Shown piece by piece: positions 1-9,272 of a stretch of DNA of 64,000 nt (position 1 is its first letter; each line of letters begins with the position of its first letter). The DNA is taken from NCBI GenBank assembly GCA_045837725.1, contig JBEWZL010000063.1, positions 186,001 to 250,000 on the forward strand, in the 5' to 3' direction. The position numbers and the translations under genes were made by a program. Origin of the DNA: Vermamoeba vermiformis (taxonomy: Eukaryota). The notes below the pieces were generated by a model. That model ran no database searches. It saw only the letters and a program-made list of their open reading frames with translations, and was not told the origin of the DNA.

Positions 1-232
1 GAATTAATAAAAATCAGCATTATTATAATTCAATATTTTTACAATTAAACGATAATGCATGGGCGTAAATAAATAAAAATGCGCCAAATTAATGAAATTC
101 GAATTTTTCTGATCGAAGATACTGTTCAGGTGCTTCGCGAAATTATTTAATAATAACGTGGGAGTTAATATAATATTGTTAATGTAATTTACTTTACCAC
201 GACCAACGTGGGATTTGGAAATCCAAGACCGT

Positions 233-406
233 TGCGACGATCCAATGTCGCTTTGGAAATTCCGTTTTCCTAAAATAGAAATATTAGTTTGTAAACCGTT
301 TTTGTATCTTTTTCGTATTTCGAATAAAGCACCACAACAGGTATTTTCTTACCTATTGTCTGTCTCCGTACTGATCTGATCCGTGAAGATAGTCTGCATC
401 TTCATA
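233..406 (+). repeat. 5' LTR (174 bp)
   Basis: TGCGACGATCC...CATCTTCATA, base-for-base identical by eye to 6615-6788. AATAAA at 323-328. Confidence 0.95.
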
Positions 407-408
407 TT

Positions 409-418
409 TGGTGCGCCC
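409..418 (+). promoter_or_regulatory. Primer binding site (TGGTGCGCCC), possibly tRNA-Gly-primed
   Basis: TGG-initiated motif 2 nt after the LTR end, complementary to a tRNA 3' end ...GCGCACCA, as seen in eukaryotic tRNA-Gly. The tRNA identity is inference. Confidence 0.65.
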
Positions 419-474
419 TTCGCCTGAATCCGTACTCCGTCTCTGCAACCGCGCCTTCATTTTCCACGTAGCTA

Positions 475-3400
475 ATGGAGAAGAATACGCCTGTTTCACG
501 CTCGTCCTCTAGAAAGGGGGAGAAGCGTCCGTCACATCTGTCAACGTACCACATCGAACAAACTTCAAACGGTAGTGATCACGATTTTTGGGTCGAACAT
601 CATGGGAGCGATGACTCCGACGACCAGATTACTTGGGACGATCTTGCCTATCTCGAGTCAAGCTCTGAAGACAGTTCCGAAGTCGAGCACAACCCGTCAC
701 ATCCAAGATCTGTGAATCGAAAGATCGAACCGACATCGGAAAAGAAGTCCAACAAGAAGAAGAATGTCCTTAAGGAATTTCTGGTTACCCATGCGACTCT
801 TTTGAAATCACTGTCGATCGAAGTCAAAGCGCTGCGTAAAGAACTCGATGAAACGAAGCGCAAGAAGAAGAGCAAGAAAGCTCCGCAAGAAGATCTGAAT
901 AAGACTATTTATCGTCCTTCTACTGAGCGCGATAACGATTCTGAGGACGATAGATCTGAAACTCCGCCCAAGAAGAAACTGTCCTTCAACACTCCAGGAC
1001 ACTCAACGCCTTATCGACCTCGAGGCGAAGAAGGACTCATTAATGACGATGGTCCTTATTTGGAGATTGGTCTGCAAGAGTCCATCAAGTTTCCTGCTGG
1101 TGCCGACCAACTTGAGACTTTCCAAGGCGAACAAGGTGACACGTTTGCGCTTTGGTGGGCTCACTTCCGTCGAATCTCTGCCAAGTGGAGCGACTCTGTT
1201 CGCGTCCACGTGCTGCTGGCTAAGTTTGGCCGCAATCCTCGTGCATGGCTCTTGAATGTGCTTGAAAACAAGATCACGTGGAATGGTCTTGTCAATGAAA
1301 TCGAACGCGCGTACTCGTCCCTCAACTCTGACACGGAGCTGCGCCAGAGCATGCGAAAGCTCAAGTGGTTGCCGAGTACCAAGAAGACTGCTCAAGTTTG
1401 GCTCCAGAAGATGGAAGCTCTGCGCGTGCGAATGAAAGAGAAGATCCCCGACAAGGAATTCTTGCGTCTGATCTTTGATGACTGTCTCCCGGCGAAAAAT
1501 CGCATGTATTTAGGAGACCCTGACAATTACTCGACGTATTTGGACTTCCGTGCAAAGTTGCTTCAACACGAGCTCACCTTCATGCAAGTGCTAGAAGAAG
1601 AGAACAATGAGCGTCAGAAGAACCACAACAATCGCGGTAGTGCTAAGAGTCCTGCCCCTGCAAAGGCCCAGTCAACAACTGCTGCCACTACGACCCCTGC
1701 GACGTCAACGACAACAGACGCCGCCACGACCGAGGTAAAGAGCAAGCCGGATGCATCAGGCGTCACTTGCCATTATTGTAAGCAATTGGGTCATTACAAA
1801 TCCGATTGCCCTAAAAAGAAGCGAAATGCTTTCATGTATGTCGCTTCTTCCGATCCAGGACCGTCCGAGGAGTCTTCGTCTGATACTGATGAGGACTCTG
1901 AGGAGTCTATTCAAGGCTCTCCGGGATCTAGCGTAGCCATCGAGCCTGTCGACGAAAACTCCGCTGAGCCTGTCATCGTCTCAGTTCATCATAGTTCGTC
2001 AATGCGTCAACAAATACAGGCATCTCGCGGCGATGGAGACGCTAGCCCACCCGTCCCCGATCGGCAAGTACCTCTCTATTCTATCCCACAACGCGTGTGG
2101 ATGCCAGACCTGATTGATACTGATGACTTCGGAACACCAGTTCGCTGGACTACACAACAAATTATTCCAACCGTCAACAACGCTGTTGTCCCGGATTTCC
2201 CGATCCCTGGTGTTCTTCCTGACACCCCTGGCTTGTCCCCCGAGCTGCTGATTCAGTTTGACGACATGCCTCAGCCTGAGCCTGGCAACAACACCAACGT
2301 TCAAGTGCCTGGTTCACCCCCTGTTTCTGTTTCAACGGAGACATCACTGCCCTCGCCCTTGAAAGACATCGTCATAGGCGACAAGAAGAGCCGTTTGTCC
2401 TCCGTGACTCCTGCTGAGACCGTCGTGACTATCGACGAGAACCCCTTCAAGTGTCTGTTGGACTCTGGTTCGAACGTCTCGCTCATTACAGCAGCTGCAT
2501 TGCAATTGTTGCCTGTTAATAGCTTCACTGTAATCCCCGCTAGCGACTCTTTTAAAGTCGGCAATAGCGAGTCTGTCTCCCTTCATGGTGCGGTGTATTT
2601 GCCCGTGACCATGTGTTCTTTGACTGTTCCAGTGCGTTTTGAAATCGTAGACCAATTCGAAGGCTACGACGTAGTCATTGGTCTTGACGAGATGATTCGT
2701 CTCGACATGGATTTATGTCTGCCGCTACGACAATTTAATTTGCCCGGTGGACATCCACAACTTTTGTGGATTGGCTACGCCCCAACGCACAAGATCCCTG
2801 TCCTGTCCTATGCTCCCGGTCCTTTTGCTGACAAACAGGTCCTTCAACCGTCTGTCACAACCCCTGTCAAAGTACGACTGCCAGTTGTCATTCCATCGAA
2901 TATGTTTTTCCGCATCGTCGATCCAACATGCCAAGATGCGTTTATTTTGACGCAAGATATTATTCAAGGCAGTGACAGTTTGTTTTATGAGCTCGACGCT
3001 TATAATCCTAGACTCGCCCGAGTGCATCTACTCAACGGGTTGCGGATCGCGAACATCGAGATCGTTGGAACTGATTCTCTCTTCCAAAAAGGGGAGAAGA
3101 AGGTCAATATAGAAGACAAGAATAATAACAACATGACTGTTGACCCAGAAGTTCCGACTTCGGCATCTGCTTCGACATCTGTTTCAACGTCAACGTCAAC
3201 AAATCAGAATTCCGACTCACAAAATCTTGATCCGGCAATGTTTGGTCTGAAGATTGGCAAACTAGAAGCTGAACAAAGAGCCAAGTTAGATCTATTGATT
3301 GCGAAATATTCATCAATTTTCGATCGACCCAAGAAGTGGGGTGCCAACATCCGCGTTCAGCACCAGATCGAACTGAAGCCCGATGCTGTCCCGTATCGTA

Positions 3401-6400
3401 CAACACCAAGACGCGTGCCTCCTCTCCAACAGAAGTCCCTGGATGATCAAATTGAAGACTTGCTGAAGCGTGGTATTATCCGTAAGTCCTCAAGTCCTTG
3501 GGCCTCGCCAATCGTACTGGTTAAGAAGAAGGATGGGTCTTGGCGAATCTGCATTGATTTCCGCATTCTCAATGACAAGACGAAAAAGGTTGCCTATCCC
3601 TTGCAACGAATCGACGCTGCACTCGACGGTATGGCTTACGCGAAGATCCTCTCGTCATTCGATCTTGAGAAGGGCTATTTTCAACTCAAGCTTCAAGAAG
3701 AGGACATTGAGAAGACTGCCTTCGTAGTACCCAACGGCCACTACGAATTTGTGTTCCTGCCGTTTGGTCTGACCAACGCACCTGCGACTTTTCAACGTGC
3801 CATGGACGACCTCTTCCGTGAAGAACTTTTCAAGTTCCTGATTGTTTATTTGGACGATATCATCGTCTATTCAGAGTCATTCGATCAACACTTGGAACAC
3901 CTCGAGATTTTATTCAAGAAATTGCAAGAGGCCAATTTGTACCTCAACTCGCCCAAGTGTCAACTCTGTCAAGACAAGGTCAATTACCTGGGTCACGTCG
4001 TCGGATCCAAAGGTATCGAGACTAATGGCGACAAGACCAAGGCTGTCAATAGCATGGAGCCGCCTCGTAACGTCAAACAGCTGCGCAGTTTCCTTGGAAT
4101 GGTTGGTTACTATCGCCGCTTCATTCAAGACTTCGCGACTCTCGCCGACCCTCTGCACAGACTGTTGAAGAAAGATGTCCCGTGGAATTGGAGTCTAGAC
4201 TGTCAGTATTCGTTCTTAGAACTCAAGAGTCGACTCACCAAGGCCCCAATCCTTGCTTTCCCGCACATGGACAAACCGTTTATTCTGCAAACCGACGCTA
4301 GCAACACTGGTATTGGCGCAGTTCTTGCCCAAGTCCAAGATGGTGAAGAAAGAGTGATTGCGTACTACAGTCGCGCCTTGCTGCCTGCCGAACGCAACTA
4401 CCACACCACTGACCTCGAGTGTCTCGCCGTCGTCGCTGCTCTGAAACACTTTCGCTGTTATTTGCTTGGCAGTGAATTCGAAGTGTTTACTGACCACTCT
4501 GCGCTGACTACTTTCCTGACTCGCAAACAAACCTCTGCCAGACTCCTGCGTTGGGCTCTCGAACTCGCTGAGTTTGGTAATTTCAAGATCAGTCACCGTT
4601 CTGGCACCAAGAATGCCAACGCTGATGGGCTCTCGCGCCTGGGTTCTGAGCGCGAAGACCAGCCTCGTGTCAATCACGCTGTTAGGACTATCAAGCCCTG
4701 TCAACTGTTTGTCTTGCATGGCACGAAGGATCGTCCTAGCTCAGTACAACTCAACTACGGAGAAATCTCGCAACTTCAACGCGAAGACGTTTGGCTGAAT
4801 CATATCTACGAGAGCATCGTCAATAGCAAAGTGCCTGACGACCCTGATGTAGCCAAAAGCGTTGCTGCTCAAAGAGACCTCTACATACTTGAAAATCAAG
4901 TCCTGCATCGCATCTACTCTGTCGAATCCAGTCACCGCCGTCACGAGACTCGCAAGCTCGTTGCTGTTCCACGCAGTCAAGTCCCGACCATTCTCAACGC
5001 GATGCACTGCAATGTCGAAGGCTCCCACCTTGGCATTGACCGTACCTACGAGAAAATTCGTCTGCACTTTCATTGGCCGTCAATGTATGGTGACATACGC
5101 CGCTTCGTTAAGGAGTGCGCGACTTGCGCAAAGAAGAAGCCGCCTGTGCGTTCCCCTGCTGGCCTGTTGATGCCAATCCGAGCTGCTGGACCATGGGACA
5201 CTGTTGGTGTCGATATCCTTGGCCCCTTGCCCATCACTCAGTCCAAGCACCGCTATATTGTCGTTTTTACCGACTACCTGACCAAATGGGTCGAAGCTTT
5301 CCCCATGAAGGACGCTGACGCAAAGACCCTGGCTCGTATATTCGTCATGGAGATCATATCTCGCCACGGAGCGCCTCGCAAGCTCATCTCTGATCGTGGT
5401 TCAATCTTCCTGTCAGAACTCAGCACTGCTATTTACGAATTCATGAATATCAAGAAGCTGTTCACGACTCCGTACCACCCCCAGACCGATGGTCTCACGG
5501 AGCGATTCAACAAGACAATTGCGCAAATGTTGACAGCTTACGTCGATCTGCATCAGACTAATTGGGATCAAATCCTGCCGTTAGCGCTACTTGCGTACCG
5601 CACTGCCCGTCAATCCTCGACAAGAGAGACTCCATTCTTCATGACCTATGGTCGCGATGCCTTTTTGCCGCTCAATCGTATTTACCCGTCAGAATTGGAT
5701 GAAGAGTACTCTCCCGACGAGTATACTTTCAAATTACTCGAGAACCTGAAGGCTGCATTTAAAATGGCTGATGTTAACGAAGACACTGCCAAGGCTGCTC
5801 AAGAACGCAACTATAACCCTGGACGCAAACCGGTGACATTTGAAGTCGAACAACTGGTTTGGTACTATTCTCCGAAGCGTGTCAAGAATCAAGTTCAAAA
5901 GTTAAGCCCGCTTTGGACTGGACCGTACCTCGTCGCTCAACAGCTCAGTCCTGTCGTCTATTTGATTGAAGACATTGACACTGGCAAGAAATTTGCTGCG
6001 AACATTCAACGACTCAAATCGTGCGAAATTTCATACGCTGAAGCGAAGAAACTCCGCCTTCGAGGCCTGCAACTACGCGACTCAGCTCAAAAGGGGGAGA
6101 AGATTCCTGAAGAATTGACCCCTACGGAACAGAAATTTTTAGAACAAGTTGAAGCCATGGACAAGTTCGACCTGTTTGACAAAGCTGAATCTGATCCGTC
6201 AAATTCAACATCCGTCAAACAAGAAGCTGAAATTTCTGCGGAAAATGCTGCTATTGAGCAAATCACTAAAGAAGAGGCTGATTTCATCGTGTCTCCTGAA
6301 GACGAAGTATTCCCGATAGTTCCGACTAAGGTCAGTCATTTCTTTGACGCATTATTCCGAATGTACACGACATTCCGCGACATTTCTACGTTCAAGATTA

Positions 6401-6603
6401 ACAAAATGGCCCAACAACTCGATCAGTTCTTTGATAAGCCGTTTATTATGGGTTCTACAGAACGAAAGAAACTCCTCGCCGAATTGAAGACTGCTAAGAA
6501 GTCCCGATCCGCTCTTTTGAAATTCCTCTTGGATTGCACTAGCAATTTCATGATTAAATTTGCTAGTAGCATTGATCGCCACCCTGACATACCGTCCGCC
6601 TAA
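475..6603 (+). CDS. Gag-Pol polyprotein in a single ORF: Gag, CCHC knuckle, aspartic protease, RT, RNase H, integrase with GPY/F, extra C-terminal domain
   Basis: CHYCKQLGHYKSDC; LLDSGS; SPWASPIVLVKKKDG..RICIDFR, LPFGLTNAPATFQR, YLDD; QTDAS..IGAVL..TDHSAL; HHCC zinc finger; VDILGP..SDRGS..HPQTDGLTER; WTGPYLV. Confidence 0.98.
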   Translation: MEKNTPVSRSSSRKGEKRPSHLSTYHIEQTSNGSDHDFWVEHHGSDDSDDQITWDDLAYLESSSEDSSEVEHNPSHPRSVNRKIEPTSEKKSNKKKNVLKEFLVTHATLLKSLSIEVKALRKELDETKRKKKSKKAPQEDLNKTIYRPSTERDNDSEDDRSETPPKKKLSFNTPGHSTPYRPRGEEGLINDDGPYLEIGLQESIKFPAGADQLETFQGEQGDTFALWWAHFRRISAKWSDSVRVHVLLAKFGRNPRAWLLNVLENKITWNGLVNEIERAYSSLNSDTELRQSMRKLKWLPSTKKTAQVWLQKMEALRVRMKEKIPDKEFLRLIFDDCLPAKNRMYLGDPDNYSTYLDFRAKLLQHELTFMQVLEEENNERQKNHNNRGSAKSPAPAKAQSTTAATTTPATSTTTDAATTEVKSKPDASGVTCHYCKQLGHYKSDCPKKKRNAFMYVASSDPGPSEESSSDTDEDSEESIQGSPGSSVAIEPVDENSAEPVIVSVHHSSSMRQQIQASRGDGDASPPVPDRQVPLYSIPQRVWMPDLIDTDDFGTPVRWTTQQIIPTVNNAVVPDFPIPGVLPDTPGLSPELLIQFDDMPQPEPGNNTNVQVPGSPPVSVSTETSLPSPLKDIVIGDKKSRLSSVTPAETVVTIDENPFKCLLDSGSNVSLITAAALQLLPVNSFTVIPASDSFKVGNSESVSLHGAVYLPVTMCSLTVPVRFEIVDQFEGYDVVIGLDEMIRLDMDLCLPLRQFNLPGGHPQLLWIGYAPTHKIPVLSYAPGPFADKQVLQPSVTTPVKVRLPVVIPSNMFFRIVDPTCQDAFILTQDIIQGSDSLFYELDAYNPRLARVHLLNGLRIANIEIVGTDSLFQKGEKKVNIEDKNNNNMTVDPEVPTSASASTSVSTSTSTNQNSDSQNLDPAMFGLKIGKLEAEQRAKLDLLIAKYSSIFDRPKKWGANIRVQHQIELKPDAVPYRTTPRRVPPLQQKSLDDQIEDLLKRGIIRKSSSPWASPIVLVKKKDGSWRICIDFRILNDKTKKVAYPLQRIDAALDGMAYAKILSSFDLEKGYFQLKLQEEDIEKTAFVVPNGHYEFVFLPFGLTNAPATFQRAMDDLFREELFKFLIVYLDDIIVYSESFDQHLEHLEILFKKLQEANLYLNSPKCQLCQDKVNYLGHVVGSKGIETNGDKTKAVNSMEPPRNVKQLRSFLGMVGYYRRFIQDFATLADPLHRLLKKDVPWNWSLDCQYSFLELKSRLTKAPILAFPHMDKPFILQTDASNTGIGAVLAQVQDGEERVIAYYSRALLPAERNYHTTDLECLAVVAALKHFRCYLLGSEFEVFTDHSALTTFLTRKQTSARLLRWALELAEFGNFKISHRSGTKNANADGLSRLGSEREDQPRVNHAVRTIKPCQLFVLHGTKDRPSSVQLNYGEISQLQREDVWLNHIYESIVNSKVPDDPDVAKSVAAQRDLYILENQVLHRIYSVESSHRRHETRKLVAVPRSQVPTILNAMHCNVEGSHLGIDRTYEKIRLHFHWPSMYGDIRRFVKECATCAKKKPPVRSPAGLLMPIRAAGPWDTVGVDILGPLPITQSKHRYIVVFTDYLTKWVEAFPMKDADAKTLARIFVMEIISRHGAPRKLISDRGSIFLSELSTAIYEFMNIKKLFTTPYHPQTDGLTERFNKTIAQMLTAYVDLHQTNWDQILPLALLAYRTARQSSTRETPFFMTYGRDAFLPLNRIYPSELDEEYSPDEYTFKLLENLKAAFKMADVNEDTAKAAQERNYNPGRKPVTFEVEQLVWYYSPKRVKNQVQKLSPLWTGPYLVAQQLSPVVYLIEDIDTGKKFAANIQRLKSCEISYAEAKKLRLRGLQLRDSAQKGEKIPEELTPTEQKFLEQVEAMDKFDLFDKAESDPSNSTSVKQEAEISAENAAIEQITKEEADFIVSPEDEVFPIVPTKVSHFFDALFRMYTTFRDISTFKINKMAQQLDQFFDKPFIMGSTERKKLLAELKTAKKSRSALLKFLLDCTSNFMIKFASSIDRHPDIPSA

Positions 6604-6614
6604 AGGGAGGTGAG
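6602..6614 (+). promoter_or_regulatory. Polypurine tract
   Basis: AAAGGGAGGTGAG lies directly before the 3' LTR and overlaps the gag-pol stop. Confidence 0.8.
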
Positions 6615-6788
6615 TGCGACGATCCAATGTCGCTTTGGAAATTCCGTTTTCCTAAAATAGAAATATTAGTTTGTAAACCGTTTTTGTATCTTTTTCGTAT
6701 TTCGAATAAAGCACCACAACAGGTATTTTCTTACCTATTGTCTGTCTCCGTACTGATCTGATCCGTGAAGATAGTCTGCATCTTCATA
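6615..6788 (+). repeat. 3' LTR (174 bp)
   Basis: Identical copy of 233-406, followed by the CCGT target duplication. Confidence 0.95.
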
Positions 6789-6936
6789 CCGTGCCAACCT
6801 TTTATTGTAAATTGCTACATTATAATACATAAAGTCTAATGTTAGACTTTTAATCTAATCGCTAGCATTCAACAAAATAATTTAACTTGTGCTCAATCTG
6901 CTCGCAAACAAAAAAGGTAAAAAACCGCAACTACTC

Positions 6937-9229
6937 TTATTTCTTGTTCGCGCCAATATTATCCATTGTCTGTACTGGTGTCAGTTGCTTGTTTGACAAT
7001 TGAAGACCAGTCATGGGAGAAGTATTGTTGTTCTTCAGCCACAGTTCGATTGCTGTTCTCTCGTACGTGTGACCGTCACTCGCAACCACTGGCTCCTTCA
7101 TCACGTCATGGGTGATGGGACATATCGGTGCTTCTTCACTTTCATCGTCACTTGCATTCAATTCCGTTGTTCGATCGGCAAACTTGGGGTCTTTTTCGCT
7201 GTTTTGTACAGGCGCTCCTAACAAGAGCGGAGTCGATTTCACTTGCTTATTGTTGTCTTTATCGCCCTCTTCGTCATGGTCGCTTTCGGGCACCGAGAAG
7301 CGTCGTATCTTTACTTCCGAGTTTTCTAGTGAGAGCTGCTTTGGTTGCGGTTGCTGAGTACCAAAACTTGAAGCGAATGGCGAATTTGCAATAGGAGCAA
7401 AACTAAATCCGAATTGGACAGGCGATGTAACCGAGTTGTCTTGCGATAGCTGCTTCGGTTGTGGTTGCGTAGAAGAATTCACAACGGGACTGTGAGTACC
7501 AAAACTTGAGGCGAATGGCGAGTTTGCAGCAGGAGCAAAACTAAATCCGGATCCGAATTGGACCGGCGATGCAACCGAGTTGTCTTGCAATAGCTGTGTT
7601 GGTTGCGTCAAAGGATTTGCAGCGGAATTTTGGGTACCAAAACCTGATCCGAATGGTGAATTTGCAACAGGAGCGAAACTGAATCCGGATCCGAATTGGA
7701 CCGGCGATGCACCTGCTGCAGAAGTTTTCTCCTGTTGACCGAGCTTAGTCGCATCATCGTTACTTGATTTTATCCGATATTTGATTTTCCGACGTCGGGC
7801 AATCTCTTCCTCGTCCGTTGTGTTGGCAGGAGAAAACACAGAAGTACTCGCAAAAGATGGTCCAGATTCTTGTCGTGGAGCACTACTAAACCCAAACGAA
7901 GGTACGGAGGCGAAGCCCTTGAACTCCGGTACTGGTGACTGTACTTTTTGATCTTCATCTTGTGCTGGCTTGTTATTGACTTTGGCGGATTGTTCGTTGT
8001 TGTTCGCATTGGACCTTGCCAAAGCTTGCGTCTCAGACAGGGAGTCTTTAAGTATTGCAATCTCTTTCTGCAATTTGACGACGTCACCGAGTGCTTTGAT
8101 TTGAAGGTGGTGCGTCAGATCCAACTTTTCCAAAAATGCTAGTTCAGCCCCAGTTATCTATTAAGTATAGAGTTAAGACCTTGTAGAGCTGAAATAAGTA
8201 TTTGAGACTTGCCTGATGCTTCCTAAAGACATCGACCAAGTGACCAAACTTGTTGTCTTCGAGCCACGTGCACACAGTGTCGTTGTTCCACTGCAGCACT
8301 CCTGCAGGTATCGTGTAGATGTCGCGACGAGTTTGAACCAAGTAAATATACATTTGGAGCTTCTTGGCGTCTTTGAAAGTTAGTTCAAGAGTGGCTGTCA
8401 AATCGCTTGCGTCAAGTGTCAAAAGCACTGCGCCGTCAATTTTGTTCGCCGAAAATGAAGTTGAATATTTTTGCAATCCAATGTCACTTAACAAGAATAA
8501 AACATCCTCGCAGCTCCATTCAGCAATATCGACTTGAAGTTTTTTCTGCCATTTCTGAAGTGCGGGTTCGTTCGTCCTTAGCGAAGCTTGAAACACCTGC
8601 AGATTGATTTGTAAATCTTGTTCAGCTCGTTTACGATCTTCCAAGTCTTTCGAGTCTGATTTGACTTGTGCGGTGACTTTTGCCAGTTTGATTTCAACGT
8701 CGTCAAGTTGCTTTCGTAATTTGTCTCGTTGTTCGGTCAGCGATTGACACTCAATTTTTGTGACGTCCAAAGCGACTTCAGCCTCGTTGTTTTTTGTCCG
8801 CATTTCTTCCAACAAGGGCTGCAAAGACTGAATAGCTAAGGAGTCGATAAACGTCTTGGTGCTCAAATCGACCTGGCAAGAGTAGTGCAAGTTAAAGGCT
8901 AGATATTCCGTGCTATGGTCTTTGATGTACGCTGCAAGTTCGTCCCATCTCTTATTCGCAATTAAATGTGCTGGGCTTTGTCCTTTCCTTTCGATCAAGA
9001 TTGACAGCTTTGCGGCCCGTTCCTCTAAGAAAATGTTACAAGAGTGTCTAATAAGAAATTGATTACGTACGTGTGGTGAATTCGTTCGGTGAAATTTCGT
9101 TATAAGTATCTTCGTTTTGTCCTAGCAAAAGATTTAACGTGGGTCAGGTCGTCGTGGTAAACTTACTTCGAATTGATACTTTTATAACTGTAGGGTTCTT
9201 TTGTAACGCTTCAACTATTGGCTTGACGG
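6937..9229 (-). CDS. Coiled-coil, SAM-SAM, FG-rich repeats, U-box E3 ligase (no own start found; 5' end joined to the kinase gene)
   Basis: U-box PICPITHDVMKEPVVASDGHTYERTAIELWLKNNNTSPMTG; two SAM domains (WSCEDVLFLLSDIGLQKYSTSFSANKIDGAVLL; WNNDTVCTWLEDNKFGHLVDVFRKHQ|ITGAELAFL). Small upstream exons at about 9166-9229 and 9073-9121 splice in frame. Confidence 0.8.
7355..7712 (-). repeat. Three coding tandem repeats (~40 aa) with SPVQFG(SG)FSFAPxANSPF
   Basis: Visible in both the protein and the DNA (aaactaaatccg..ccgaattggac..gcgatg x3). Confidence 0.85.
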
Positions 9230-9272
9230 CTGTTAGAGGAGGGTCTAACCCTGCGAATCCGAGCAGACGTAC

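Larger units (their letters stand above)
233..6788 (+). mobile_element. Full-length Ty3/Gypsy (Metaviridae) LTR retrotransposon
   Basis: Two direct repeats (233-406, 6615-6788) flank one 2042-aa ORF with PR-RT-RH-IN order. PBS follows the 5' LTR, PPT precedes the 3' LTR, and CCGT is duplicated at 229-232 and 6789-6792 (ACCGT if the LTR is 1 nt shorter). Confidence 0.97.

Noticed and set aside
2780-3070. Possible dUTPase-like insert between protease and RT
   Set aside because: None of the five dUTPase motifs is recognisable; beta-rich spacers are common at this position in Gypsy elements.
648-6627. Many short alternative-frame and antisense ORFs within the retrotransposon
   Set aside because: Shadows of codon-biased gag-pol; no env-like or other recognisable product.
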